Program-made: the position numbers and the translations under genes | IMG/VR virus record: IMGVR_UViG_3300037439_000286 | Length of the DNA: 64,000 nt | Source of the DNA: an uncultured virus (IMG/VR IMGVR_UViG_3300037439_000286) | Lineage: Duplodnaviria; Heunggongvirae; Uroviricota; Caudoviricetes | Direction: 5' to 3' (one strand) | Part shown: positions 37,395-45,942 of the stretch, piece by piece | How the letters are laid out: the number at the start of each line of letters is the position of its first letter | Position numbering within the stretch: position 1 is the stretch's first letter | Notes under the pieces: model-generated | What the model was told of the DNA's origin: nothing | The model's input: only the letters and a program-made list of their open reading frames with translations | The model's database searches: none

Positions 37395-38000
37395 ATGGAC
37401 AAGGGCGATGATGACAAGAAATCCGCCTTGGAGTTGGCCAAGAAAAGCACCCAAGATGCCATCTTGCCGGAAATTCTTGAAGCAATTCGGCAAGAGGGAG
37501 CACATGTAGACGTAAACGTTCTGCTTGTACAGCTAATACAGAAATCCAAAGATACCGACAACATTGTAGAGGTGTCCGAGCGAATGCTGGCCGCAGCCCA
37601 GAAATTCGAGGATCAGCGTGTGGAAAATTTCATGCGCATGGCGGATGCCATTATCGATGTCAAGAACAGAGATCCCGACGAGCAGGAAAAGCGTAGAAAC
37701 AATCGTATGCGCAGAGGTCTGAAGGTAGTAGTTGGGACTTGCGCAGTAGGTTGTCTAGGTGGTGGTATCTCGTGTGTCCTTTATGGTGGTAGCATGGTTG
37801 TTACGGCGCTCCTGGTAGCGGTGGGGGCGATTGCCTTAGCGATGTCGGGTCCACTTGCTTCTGGCGAGTCCATGAGTTCAAACGATGTCGTGCGGATCGT
37901 AAGCGCCATGAAGGGAATGTTGCTGGGTAGGGGAGATGTTGAGGAAGGCGAGACGGAACCGGGGCGAACCTCCAGCCCTAAAAGGAGGAGAAGCAAATGA
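37395..38000 (+). CDS. Cargo: helical protein with two TM segments
   Basis: Two hydrophobic helices in the C-terminal half; lower GC. Confidence 0.75.
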   Translation: MDKGDDDKKSALELAKKSTQDAILPEILEAIRQEGAHVDVNVLLVQLIQKSKDTDNIVEVSERMLAAAQKFEDQRVENFMRMADAIIDVKNRDPDEQEKRRNNRMRRGLKVVVGTCAVGCLGGGISCVLYGGSMVVTALLVAVGAIALAMSGPLASGESMSSNDVVRIVSAMKGMLLGRGDVEEGETEPGRTSSPKRRRSK

Positions 38001-38260
38001 GACTAAGAGTAATCCTCTCGATCCTGATAAACCTTGTGGCCGTGGCTGCTCCTGGCGCAGTCTTGTTCTATGAGTACGGTCCCGCTGCGTCTGTCGATCC
38101 ACAGAGCATGCGCGACATGATGTTTCTCCTCGGCACGGCTTTCTTTGCGTTCGCGCTTGGCCTGGGCTCTTCCCTGCTCTTGCGTTCCGAGGACAAGCCC
38201 GCGCTCATAGGGCTGGTCGAGGATCTCTTTTCGCGTGACTCGCGCAGAGCACGCACCTAA
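37997..38260 (+). CDS. Cargo: two-TM membrane protein
   Basis: RBS AGGAGGAG; ATGA overlap; two hydrophobic helices. Confidence 0.7.
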   Translation: MRLRVILSILINLVAVAAPGAVLFYEYGPAASVDPQSMRDMMFLLGTAFFAFALGLGSSLLLRSEDKPALIGLVEDLFSRDSRRART

Positions 38261-38289
38261 AACGTCAAGCGGGTTCGCTCCTTAAATAG

Positions 38290-38315
38290 CCCGGGTCGGC
38301 TGCCACCGACCCGGG
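38290..38315. terminator. 10-bp hairpin between convergent cargo genes
   Basis: CCCGGGTCGG/CCGACCCGGG. Confidence 0.6.
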
Positions 38316-38319
38316 AAGC

Positions 38320-38766
38320 TTAGGCTTGCTCTGAGATGTGGCGCTCGACAGTAGCGGTGCCGCCGTGCTCATCCCGGGCGAAGATCGGGGCGAGTTCAGC
38401 GCCCAGGGCGTAGCACTGGCGAAGGGAGCGGAGGGTGGCGACGATGCGCCGGGGTGGCAGGTGAACCAGGGTGAAGCGCTGGCAGGCGCGGATGCCCGGC
38501 CCGTCCGCTCGTCCCCTGTAGACGCCGAACGGGAAGGACACCATGCCCGGCAGCGTGACCACGTGACCGTCCAGGACGACACGGACGGCTCCACGGTGCC
38601 ACGCAAGGGGGATCGGCCTACCCGCCCGCGTGCGGGCTTCCAGGTAGGCATCCAGAGCCCGCCCTGCCCATGATCCGACCGAAGCGAATCCCTCCCCCTC
38701 TGCCGCCTGCTTCCAGCGGATCGACTGCGGCATGGTGGCGCGGACGGTGAACTGCGCCGTCTTCAT
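38320..38766 (-). CDS. Cargo: RHH-like protein with C-terminal domain
   Basis: AQFTVRATMPQSIRWKQAAEGEGFASVGSWAGRALD. Confidence 0.65.
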   Translation of the reverse strand: MKTAQFTVRATMPQSIRWKQAAEGEGFASVGSWAGRALDAYLEARTRAGRPIPLAWHRGAVRVVLDGHVVTLPGMVSFPFGVYRGRADGPGIRACQRFTLVHLPPRRIVATLRSLRQCYALGAELAPIFARDEHGGTATVERHISEQA

Positions 38767-38990
38767 CACAGCTTGCCGTCCTTCTCCAGGCGTTGCGCCA
38801 GCTTGAGACGTGCCTCCAGGCGCGCGGCGTAGAAGTCCGCGGCGCGGGCGAGGAAGACGCCAAGGTGAGGCTTCATCGAGTTGATACGGGCGGCTTGATG
38901 CCAGCGAATCCACTGGTCACTTGTAGCCTTGACCGTAACGGTATGGTCCGCGCCATGAGGCCAGACGCGGCGGCTCTTCTCCTGCCCCAT
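38766..38990 (-). CDS. Cargo: RHH-like protein (paralog of neighbour's N-terminus)
   Basis: HTVTVKATSDQWIRWHQAA...LGVFLARAAD; RBS GGAGG. Confidence 0.65.
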   Translation of the reverse strand: MGQEKSRRVWPHGADHTVTVKATSDQWIRWHQAARINSMKPHLGVFLARAADFYAARLEARLKLAQRLEKDGKL

Positions 38991-38992
38991 GG

Positions 38993-39328
38993 CTACCTCC
39001 CCTTCCGCTGGCGCTTCTGCCAATCGCGGACAAGCTTCTCCGGGGTTTCGGCTATCGCATCCCGGAGCAAGGTGTCCAAGGGGTCAACGTAGTCCGCTTG
39101 GGCGCACTCGATGGACCCTCGAAGGGAGAAGGTGAGGGTCTGCGGGATCTCTCCGGTCCCCATGGCTTCCGCCTCCGGGGGATCGGGGAGACGGTCGTAG
39201 GCGCGGTTCAGGAACCACTCGATGAACCAGACGAGCTCGCGGACTCGGCGGAGGAAGCTTTGCGCGTCTTCCTCTTCGGGGGTGACGGGCGGGACGGGGG
39301 GCAGGTTAGACTTAGACAGGTCGGGCAT
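38993..39328 (-). CDS. Cargo: helical hypothetical protein
   Basis: RBS AGGAG; hairpin leader. Confidence 0.7.
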   Translation of the reverse strand: MPDLSKSNLPPVPPVTPEEEDAQSFLRRVRELVWFIEWFLNRAYDRLPDPPEAEAMGTGEIPQTLTFSLRGSIECAQADYVDPLDTLLRDAIAETPEKLVRDWQKRQRKGR

Positions 39329-39511
39329 AGGACTAGTCTCCTGTGCTTGGCTTAGGCTCGGCGGGGTGTGGCTAGCACCTCGTCGGGCCGTCTCAGTGTG
39401 GAGAGGGGAACGCTTCCCCCCTTACAGGGGGAAGCTACCGCAGATTCAAGGGTTTAGGGGGCGGGTGGGGATCTTATTTCAAACTAGGACACTACCCCCT
39501 CCCGGCAGCAC

Positions 39512-39541
39512 TTGACAGCATGTGCCGCAGCATGCAATACT
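39512..39541 (+). promoter_or_regulatory. Promoter with AGCA-N8-AGCA box
   Basis: TTGACA-18-AATACT; box at 39517-39532. Confidence 0.7.
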
Positions 39542-39603
39542 TCCTGGCGAACGGATGGAACGTAACGAACGAATCGAACCCGTACACGAAGGAGAACGAC
39601 CTC

Positions 39604-40464
39604 ATGACCATGGACAGCCAGAACACCGGCACCACTGACCCGATGCCTGATCCGGCGCCCGAGCCGATCCCGGCCGTGCCGCTCTTCATCGGCACCACCC
39701 ACATCGCCGTCGTCCTCGACAAGTCTGGCTCGATGGCCCGGATGGCCGACGAGGTGATCTCGGGTTTCAACGCCTGGCTCGACGACCAGAAGGCCCTCCC
39801 GGGCCGAACCCTCCTCACCCTCTCGCTCTTCGACACCGCGGTGCGCATCCCGATCGTCGCGACCGACATCCAGAAGGTCAACCCGCTCGACGGCTCGCGC
39901 TACTCCCCGTCGGGCATGACGGCGCTCTACGACGGCGTCTTCAAGTCAGTCGGGAAGATGGTTGTGCCGCCCGAGGACCGCGCTCTCGTCCTCGTCATCA
40001 CCGACGGCCAGGAGAACTCCTCGATCGAGTGCGACAAGGCCCAGATGCGACGGCTGATCGCGGAGAAGGAGGGGCTGGGAAACTGGACCTTCACCTACCT
40101 GTCGGCCTCTCTTGAGGCTTTCGACGATGCGCACGCGATCGGCGTGCAGAACACGAACACGCGGCCATTTACGGCGACTCCTGCCGGAATGGAATCAGCG
40201 TTTCGTGGGGCCAAGCTGGCGTCGCGGTCCTACCGGAGATCGGGGCTCGTGGCGAGCACGGGCTTCTACAGGCCCAACCCCGGGGACGCTCCCACGGTGC
40301 CTGCCGAGCCCATCGCTCCTGCCGACCAGGGTGCTGCTCAGTTCCCGCGGCCGATGCCCGCAGGCTCGGCAGGATCTGCCCGCCCGGCTGGATGGGTATC
40401 GGCGGGGACCGCGGCCCGGACTCCGGCGGTAGGCTCGGCGGGCACTCCCTGGGTCCAGGACTGA
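39604..40464 (+). CDS. von Willebrand factor A domain protein
   Basis: MIDAS DKSGSM, GMTALYDG, VITDGQENSS; RBS AAGGAG. Confidence 0.9.
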   Translation: MTMDSQNTGTTDPMPDPAPEPIPAVPLFIGTTHIAVVLDKSGSMARMADEVISGFNAWLDDQKALPGRTLLTLSLFDTAVRIPIVATDIQKVNPLDGSRYSPSGMTALYDGVFKSVGKMVVPPEDRALVLVITDGQENSSIECDKAQMRRLIAEKEGLGNWTFTYLSASLEAFDDAHAIGVQNTNTRPFTATPAGMESAFRGAKLASRSYRRSGLVASTGFYRPNPGDAPTVPAEPIAPADQGAAQFPRPMPAGSAGSARPAGWVSAGTAARTPAVGSAGTPWVQD

Positions 40465-40479
40465 AGGACGAGCGGCGCG

Positions 40480-40935
40480 ATGGACAGCACACAGTGGCTC
40501 GCGAACGCCCGTTCTCATGCCACGGATCTCGCGGACCTCGTTTCGCAGTTCCACCCGGCGTCGTTCAAGTTCGAGCGGGCAGGCTCGCGGCTCCTGACAC
40601 TGCCTATTACCGCGCCTAGCACGGAGACAGCGTGCGAGGTGGTGCGGGAGCAGGTATCGAAGGAGTATGAGGATAGCGTGTCCCCACACGAGTCGTTCAA
40701 CCGCGCGCTGCGAGCCGGGGATGTCGGCACGGCCTATGATCTGCTGAGCGGCGCCTGGTTCGGCGTGCCCGAGTCGACGGGATGCTGGAGGATTCGCGGG
40801 TTCGGCGTGGCGGTCGACCTGCTGGAAGATCCGCCGGAACCTGGTCCCAAGGAAGAGGGCAGTGGGGACGAGGAGGAGCTGGAACCGTATCGTTCAGACC
40901 TGGAGGAAGAGCGGGTCGACGGCAGGCGAGGCTGA
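40480..40935 (+). CDS. Hypothetical protein
   Basis: AWFGVPESTGCW; acidic tail. Confidence 0.65.
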   Translation: MDSTQWLANARSHATDLADLVSQFHPASFKFERAGSRLLTLPITAPSTETACEVVREQVSKEYEDSVSPHESFNRALRAGDVGTAYDLLSGAWFGVPESTGCWRIRGFGVAVDLLEDPPEPGPKEEGSGDEEELEPYRSDLEEERVDGRRG

Positions 40936-40938
40936 GAC

Positions 40939-41187
40939 ATGGATACCCAAATGAACAAACTTGCCCAAGCCGGCGACACCTACGCCGACCTCGTGGAGTT
41001 CCTTGATTGGATCGATCATCATCCAGACCTTTGCCTCGCACGGTGGCACAAGATCGAGCCGGTACTCGTACCCTTGAGCCGCAGCTACGAAGCCATCATC
41101 TACGAGTACCTTGAGATCGATGCGCAGGCTCTGAAGAAGGAGCGCCGCGCTCTACTTGAGTCGTTACGCCAGCAGGTGGAGCCATGA
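40939..41187 (+). CDS. Hypothetical protein
   Basis: EFLDW...EYLEID...ERRALL. Confidence 0.65.
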   Translation: MDTQMNKLAQAGDTYADLVEFLDWIDHHPDLCLARWHKIEPVLVPLSRSYEAIIYEYLEIDAQALKKERRALLESLRQQVEP

Positions 41188-41441
41188 AGCGATCCCCAGA
41201 CTGGCTGGTCAACGTGGCCCGCGACTGGATGAGCGATGAGCGGGCAGTCCAGGCCCTGCGTTCCCGGGTATTTGAAGCCCTGGACAATGCTACCGAGAAC
41301 GGGTGCATGTTAGACCTGAACGAGTTCGACGCCATCGACTGGGCTCAGGACCTGGCTGAATACTCCAGCTCTCTGGAGGATGTATCTACACGGGCGCTGG
41401 CGTTGTTTGCCAACGAATGGCGCAGGCAAAAGAAAGGATAA
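41184..41441 (+). CDS. Hypothetical protein
   Basis: ALDNATENG motif; ATGA overlap. Confidence 0.6.
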   Translation: MKRSPDWLVNVARDWMSDERAVQALRSRVFEALDNATENGCMLDLNEFDAIDWAQDLAEYSSSLEDVSTRALALFANEWRRQKKG

Positions 41442-41446
41442 AGTAC

Positions 41447-41878
41447 ATGACTTACACGTTCGCTCGCGAGTGGATCATCCCCCTGGCCCTGGTCCTGGCC
41501 CTCCTGGCCCTCCTGGCTCTCCTCCTGCCGACCGCTGCGCACTCCCTTCCCTGCCGCCCCTACCCGGGAAACGGCCCCGCCGACGGTATTCCGGACGACC
41601 AGGACTCGTGCTTCGTGGTCTGGGACCGCAACACCCCGATGTCCAGCAGCCCGATGAGCCTGAGTATGGACGGTGGATCGCTGGCCGTGCGGATCTGCGA
41701 CCTCCTGGAGCCGGCGATCAATGACAGCACGCCCTGGTGCCCCGAGCAGAGTGGAGCGCAGATGATTACGCTGGGCGAGTGGTGTAGGCGGCTGAGGATA
41801 TTGCCGCTACCGGCCGGCGGGACGGAAGCGATGCGCGCGGTCCTGGTCGAGGCGGTGTGCTCGCCCTACGGAGCGTGA
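41447..41878 (+). CDS. Secreted/membrane-anchored Cys-containing protein
   Basis: Hydrophobic LALVLALLALLALLLP then AHS-type cleavage site; DGIPDDQDSC. Confidence 0.6.
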   Translation: MTYTFAREWIIPLALVLALLALLALLLPTAAHSLPCRPYPGNGPADGIPDDQDSCFVVWDRNTPMSSSPMSLSMDGGSLAVRICDLLEPAINDSTPWCPEQSGAQMITLGEWCRRLRILPLPAGGTEAMRAVLVEAVCSPYGA

Positions 41879-41883
41879 GTCTC

Positions 41884-42174
41884 ATGATTACCAAGCTACA
41901 GTTCCTGAACCCTGAGACCGGCGTCCGCACGACCCTCCAATTCCCGTCGAGCGGCGGCACGCACGGCCACTGGCATGCCACGCAGAACTTCAACACCGGC
42001 CTGTGGCAGCTCCAGTGGGCCTACCGGGAGGACTCCGGGACCCGGTACGAACGCCCCTGGCTGGAGCATCGTGGCCTGGAGTCCAGGAAGGCAGCGGAAG
42101 CACTCAAGAGGCGGCTGCGGGCGGAAGGGATCGAGGGTTGGGGCGGTCCGCCGGCGCCTCCGGAGATCCCATGA
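41884..42174 (+). CDS. Hypothetical protein
   Basis: Packed ORF. Confidence 0.5.
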   Translation: MITKLQFLNPETGVRTTLQFPSSGGTHGHWHATQNFNTGLWQLQWAYREDSGTRYERPWLEHRGLESRKAAEALKRRLRAEGIEGWGGPPAPPEIP

Positions 42175-42368
42175 CTCGGGCCGAGCGCACCAAGATAGAG
42201 AAATTTCATGACAGGGCTCTGCTGTCTGCGCTCGCCAATCCGACCATCGCGGACGGAAATACACTGGATATGCAAGTGGCGATCGAGAGGGTTTTCATCT
42301 ACGCCGCTCATGTCACCGAGCGCCGTTTCAAAGTCAGGCTGGAGACACCGGAGGCGCCTGAGTTGTGA
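42171..42368 (+). CDS. Hypothetical protein
   Basis: RBS GGAG; ATGA overlap. Confidence 0.5.
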   Translation: MTRAERTKIEKFHDRALLSALANPTIADGNTLDMQVAIERVFIYAAHVTERRFKVRLETPEAPEL

Positions 42369-42495
42369 GTACCATCGGCCTGGGGGACGCGGCGGTCATG
42401 GCGCTCGGCTCGCTCACCGGGCCGGTCGGGTGGTTCGAGCCGGCGGAGGAGCTGGCGGAGGCGTGCGAGTCGATGGCGCGCCGCGTCCATGAACC

Positions 42496-44175
42496 GTGGG
42501 CGCCGCGGCGGCGGGAATCGGCCGAAGCTTGATTGTTCCTGCTGATCTTGGATTGCCCGCGGACCGCTTCCCGTCGTTCCGGTCCGAGGTTCGGCAGTTC
42601 GAGACAATCATCGAGCTTGCAGGTTCTGGAGCCCGGTTCAACCTACTGCAGGCGCCGACCGGGGCCGGTAAATCCTTGATATATAACGGTCTGGGCCAGT
42701 TCCTCGGCGGCCGGTACCTGATCCTCACCGGCACGAAACAGCTCCAGGACCAGAACATGGAGGCGTTTGAGTCGATCGGCATGCGCGACGTCCGCGGGCA
42801 CGGGAACTACGGATGTGCGATCCGCGACCGCTCGCCCTACGAGCCCGCCTGCAAGTTCCCGCGGATCGCGTGCGAGTGGCAGCGGGACATCGACGAAGCA
42901 CGGCGGGCTCAGGCGGTCGTCACGAACTATGCTTTCTGGTTGTCGATGGGCGATCCAACCCAGCTCGGCCGGTTCGACCTGCTGATCTGTGACGAGGCGC
43001 ATACTTGTTTAGACTGGCTCACGAGCGCGGCCTCGGTCGCGGTCCAACCGTCCGTCCTGCATGAGGTACTGGGAATGGGCGTGCCGAGCGAGCTGTTCGC
43101 GGGTCTCGATCCTGGGTGTTCGTTCGCGCCGTGGGCCGTGGAGGTCCTGCGAGCGGCTCGGACGGCCCTGCGTACATTGCTTCGTGCGGGAAACGGCGGG
43201 AACGGGAGCGGGAACGGTGGTGCCGGCAAGCCCTCGGACCGAGAAACCCGCCGCCGCACGGCCTACCTCCAGGGGCTAGTGCGGGACATGGAGCGGCTGG
43301 CCGGCGCTCCACGATCCGGGACTCCATGGGTTGTGGAGTTGGGAGACGAGGGGTCGGCCGGTAGCACCACCAGCGGCGCCAGCGATCCACTGGCCTCCTC
43401 AACTCTCCACTTCAAGCCGGTGTGGCCTGCTCACTACGCGGAAGACATGCTCCTGCGCGGTATCCCGAACGTCCTCCTCACGTCCGCGACTCTCTCGCCC
43501 GCAGTCGGCCGCCACCTCGGGCTCGATCCCGCCGACACCGCCTGGCATGAAGTCGAGAGCGGGTTCGATCCGCGGCGCCGGCCGATCTACGTCATGCCGA
43601 GCGTGAAGGTCGAGTACGAGATGAGCCGGGGGGACCTGCAGCGGATGGCGAACCTCGGCGACCTGTTCCTGGCGCCGCGGATGCCGGACCGCAAGGGTTT
43701 GATCCAGGTGCCGAGCTACCGGTTGGCCGGGCAGATCCACAGTCTCTCGCGGCTCTCGGCCCACTTCATCACGCACGCTCGGCGCGCCCACCGCGACGCG
43801 CTCTCCACATTCGAGGCCGCGGAGCCGCCGGCCGTGCTTCTGTCGCCGGCGGTCAAGGAAGGGTGGGACGGCCGGGACGATCGGGCCAGGTTTACGTGGA
43901 TTCCCAAGATCCCGCTGCTCAACCGGAAGATCCCGCTCATCCGCGCCCGGTGTTCCCTCGATCCAACCTGGCACGACGTGGAGGTAGCGACGACGGTCAT
44001 GCAGTGGATCGGGCGGATCGTGAGGTCGAGCCGCGACTGGGGGGAGGCGCTGGTGACGGACAAGAACGCCGCATGGTTGTTCGGGGACAAGAATCGGGCG
44101 CTTTGGCCGCGCGGGGTGCTGGCGGCGGTGCGATGGGTGCGGGAGATCCCGGGGCGGTTGGAGGTTGGGCCGTGA
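42496..44175 (+). CDS. DinG/XPD-like SF2 helicase
   Basis: APTGAGKS, TKQLQDQ, Cys cluster NYGC...C...C, VVTNY, DEAH, TSATL, EGWD, QWIGRIVRS. Confidence 0.9.
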   Translation: MGAAAAGIGRSLIVPADLGLPADRFPSFRSEVRQFETIIELAGSGARFNLLQAPTGAGKSLIYNGLGQFLGGRYLILTGTKQLQDQNMEAFESIGMRDVRGHGNYGCAIRDRSPYEPACKFPRIACEWQRDIDEARRAQAVVTNYAFWLSMGDPTQLGRFDLLICDEAHTCLDWLTSAASVAVQPSVLHEVLGMGVPSELFAGLDPGCSFAPWAVEVLRAARTALRTLLRAGNGGNGSGNGGAGKPSDRETRRRTAYLQGLVRDMERLAGAPRSGTPWVVELGDEGSAGSTTSGASDPLASSTLHFKPVWPAHYAEDMLLRGIPNVLLTSATLSPAVGRHLGLDPADTAWHEVESGFDPRRRPIYVMPSVKVEYEMSRGDLQRMANLGDLFLAPRMPDRKGLIQVPSYRLAGQIHSLSRLSAHFITHARRAHRDALSTFEAAEPPAVLLSPAVKEGWDGRDDRARFTWIPKIPLLNRKIPLIRARCSLDPTWHDVEVATTVMQWIGRIVRSSRDWGEALVTDKNAAWLFGDKNRALWPRGVLAAVRWVREIPGRLEVGP

Positions 44176-44221
44176 GCCGGGTGAGCAGCCAGGCAGACAC
44201 AAAAGGCCAGAGGAGGACCGA

Positions 44222-44488
44222 ATGCAAGACCTGAAGAGGCATGAGTGGCCGAGCAGTGACGGACAGACAAACTTCGTGGCCGATGTGAGAGGTGTATGGC
44301 TGGAAGGCCCCAGCCGCGCCCGTCTGTCGTTGGGTCCGCCCATCGAAGTGGCTGCTGAGATCCTTCGTCTAGCCGGGCGAGAAAAGGCCCTGGTGGAGGC
44401 GGCGGGAGCCCTCATCCTGGCGATCGATCATAATGCTACCGACTACGCGGTCACCCTCGGGCGTGTCCGCTCTCTGCTCAAGGAGTGA
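44222..44488 (+). CDS. Hypothetical protein (tandem paralog A)
   Basis: HEWPSS...GVW...AAEILRLAGREK; RBS GAGGAGG. Confidence 0.65.
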   Translation: MQDLKRHEWPSSDGQTNFVADVRGVWLEGPSRARLSLGPPIEVAAEILRLAGREKALVEAAGALILAIDHNATDYAVTLGRVRSLLKE

Positions 44489-44491
44489 GTC

Positions 44492-44794
44492 ATGGAAGAG
44501 CACAAGTTCCCGAGTTCCCAGAACGGAATCAGCTACGTGGCCAAGCCCGATGGCGTCTACTTCGCCGAGCAGCTCGTGGCCGGGCAGAGCATGGCGGTCG
44601 AGGTCCTTCGCCTCGCCGTGCGGGAGAAGGACCTACTCGCGATCGTGAAGCCCCTCCTGCCGCCGTTCAAGGAGCGGGCCGAGGCGTGGGCGCGGACTGA
44701 GGCTCAATGGGACAGCGGCCCGATGCCGGCACGAATCACCCTGACCGCGGAGTTCTCCACCGAAGCCCTTCGCGCCCTGCTCAACAAGGAGTGA
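44492..44794 (+). CDS. Hypothetical protein (tandem paralog B)
   Basis: HKFPSS...GVY...AVEVLRLAVREK. Confidence 0.65.
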   Translation: MEEHKFPSSQNGISYVAKPDGVYFAEQLVAGQSMAVEVLRLAVREKDLLAIVKPLLPPFKERAEAWARTEAQWDSGPMPARITLTAEFSTEALRALLNKE

Positions 44795-44798
44795 GGCC

Positions 44799-45104
44799 AT
44801 GAAAAGCACAATCGAGATCGAGATTGAGATACGCGACGCGCACATCCGAGCCCTGAAGGCCGAGCTGGCCACTACTCTGTCCAGGGTCGCGGGCCTGGAG
44901 CTGCTCCTGGGCACGGTTCGCGAGAAGTCGGCACGGGACGAAGGAGAGCGTATCCGGCGGGAGCTGCTGGAGGAGTTCGGCGATCCAGGGACGGTCGAGT
45001 GGCGCCACCTCATGATGGCCCTGGATCGGACCATTCCCGGGCACAAGCCGCCAGCGAATCCGCCCACAAAGGGGCTTGACAACGTGCTGCGTCGCAGGCT
45101 ATAG
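44799..45104 (+). CDS. Hypothetical protein (R-x-R-x-EL...LDR-x-x-P family)
   Basis: ERIRRELL...ALDRTIP. Confidence 0.6.
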   Translation: MKSTIEIEIEIRDAHIRALKAELATTLSRVAGLELLLGTVREKSARDEGERIRRELLEEFGDPGTVEWRHLMMALDRTIPGHKPPANPPTKGLDNVLRRRL

Positions 45105-45105
45105 T
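45076..45105 (+). promoter_or_regulatory. Promoter with operator-like box in spacer
   Basis: TTGACA-18-TATAGT; TGCTGCGTCGCAGGCT at 45085-45100. Confidence 0.75.
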
Positions 45106-45137
45106 CCGCGTATCGAGGATGATATGGATAGTGGACG

Positions 45138-45608
45138 ATGGACAGCGGGGGACTGATGATGACCACTCGCGAACGGCTCGAAACACTCTCCGACTTTCTC
45201 GAACACACCGTCCAGCCGGCGCTCGATGGGGCGAAGTTCGACATGGGGCGGTGGGGCAGCGCAGTATCCGCCCTCCCGCCGCGGTCGACGAACGTCAAGC
45301 GGCTGTCGGAGTGCGGGTTCGCTGGTCGCGCGGTCGGTTGGGGATACTTCTGCCTTGAGCTGCGGAAGGAAGGAATTCCGGTCGAGCACGGCTGGGGCAG
45401 CAAGAGCCTGCACGTGCCGCTCGGGTACCATGGCCTGGCCCGGTTCTTCGGCCTGGACCCCGCCGCCGCCGAGTGGCTTTTCTCTCCCGACTCGTACGAG
45501 GACTGGGATCAGGACCCGCCGATCGATGTGGTCATCGCGCGGATCAGGGCTGCCATCACGGGAGAGATTCCGTACCTCCGCGACGAGGACGGCTCGCCAT
45601 GGGAATAA
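45138..45608 (+). CDS. Hypothetical protein
   Basis: FDMGRW...CGFAGRAVGW...FFGL...WLF. Confidence 0.65.
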   Translation: MDSGGLMMTTRERLETLSDFLEHTVQPALDGAKFDMGRWGSAVSALPPRSTNVKRLSECGFAGRAVGWGYFCLELRKEGIPVEHGWGSKSLHVPLGYHGLARFFGLDPAAAEWLFSPDSYEDWDQDPPIDVVIARIRAAITGEIPYLRDEDGSPWE

Positions 45609-45610
45609 CG

Positions 45611-45877
45611 ATGTCCGACGCCCGCCGCTCCGCGATCGAAGCCCGGCTGGGCGGCGGCATATGGGCATGCCCGACCTGCGGCCGGCCCCAGGAATCGCTC
45701 GCGGGATCGGCCGTCCGCGCCCTGCGCAAGTCCCGCGGCCTGTCCCAGCACCAGCTCGCGCGGTCGGCCGGCATGCCCCAGAGCCTGGTGTCGAACATCG
45801 AGACCGGGAAGGCGTGCCTGACTTATGGGCGGGCAGAGAAGCTGTTGATCGCGATGAGTATCGGGCTGCCGGCGTAG
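45611..45877 (+). CDS. Zn-ribbon + XRE HTH regulator
   Basis: CPTCG...VRALRKSRGLSQHQLARSAGMPQSLVSNIETG. Confidence 0.8.
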   Translation: MSDARRSAIEARLGGGIWACPTCGRPQESLAGSAVRALRKSRGLSQHQLARSAGMPQSLVSNIETGKACLTYGRAEKLLIAMSIGLPA

Positions 45878-45942
45878 AGCTGCGGCCCGTGCATACCGAA
45901 CCCGGCGGCCACTTTAAACCTGCCGCCACTTAACAGAGGAGA

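Larger units (their letters stand above)
34923..39496. mobile_element. IS1-family cargo transposon, 4,574 bp
   Basis: Perfect 19-bp TIRs GGTAGTGTCCTAGTTTGAA (34923-34941, 39478-39496); 8-bp TSD CCCTCCCG (34915-34922, 39497-39504). Confidence 0.95.
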
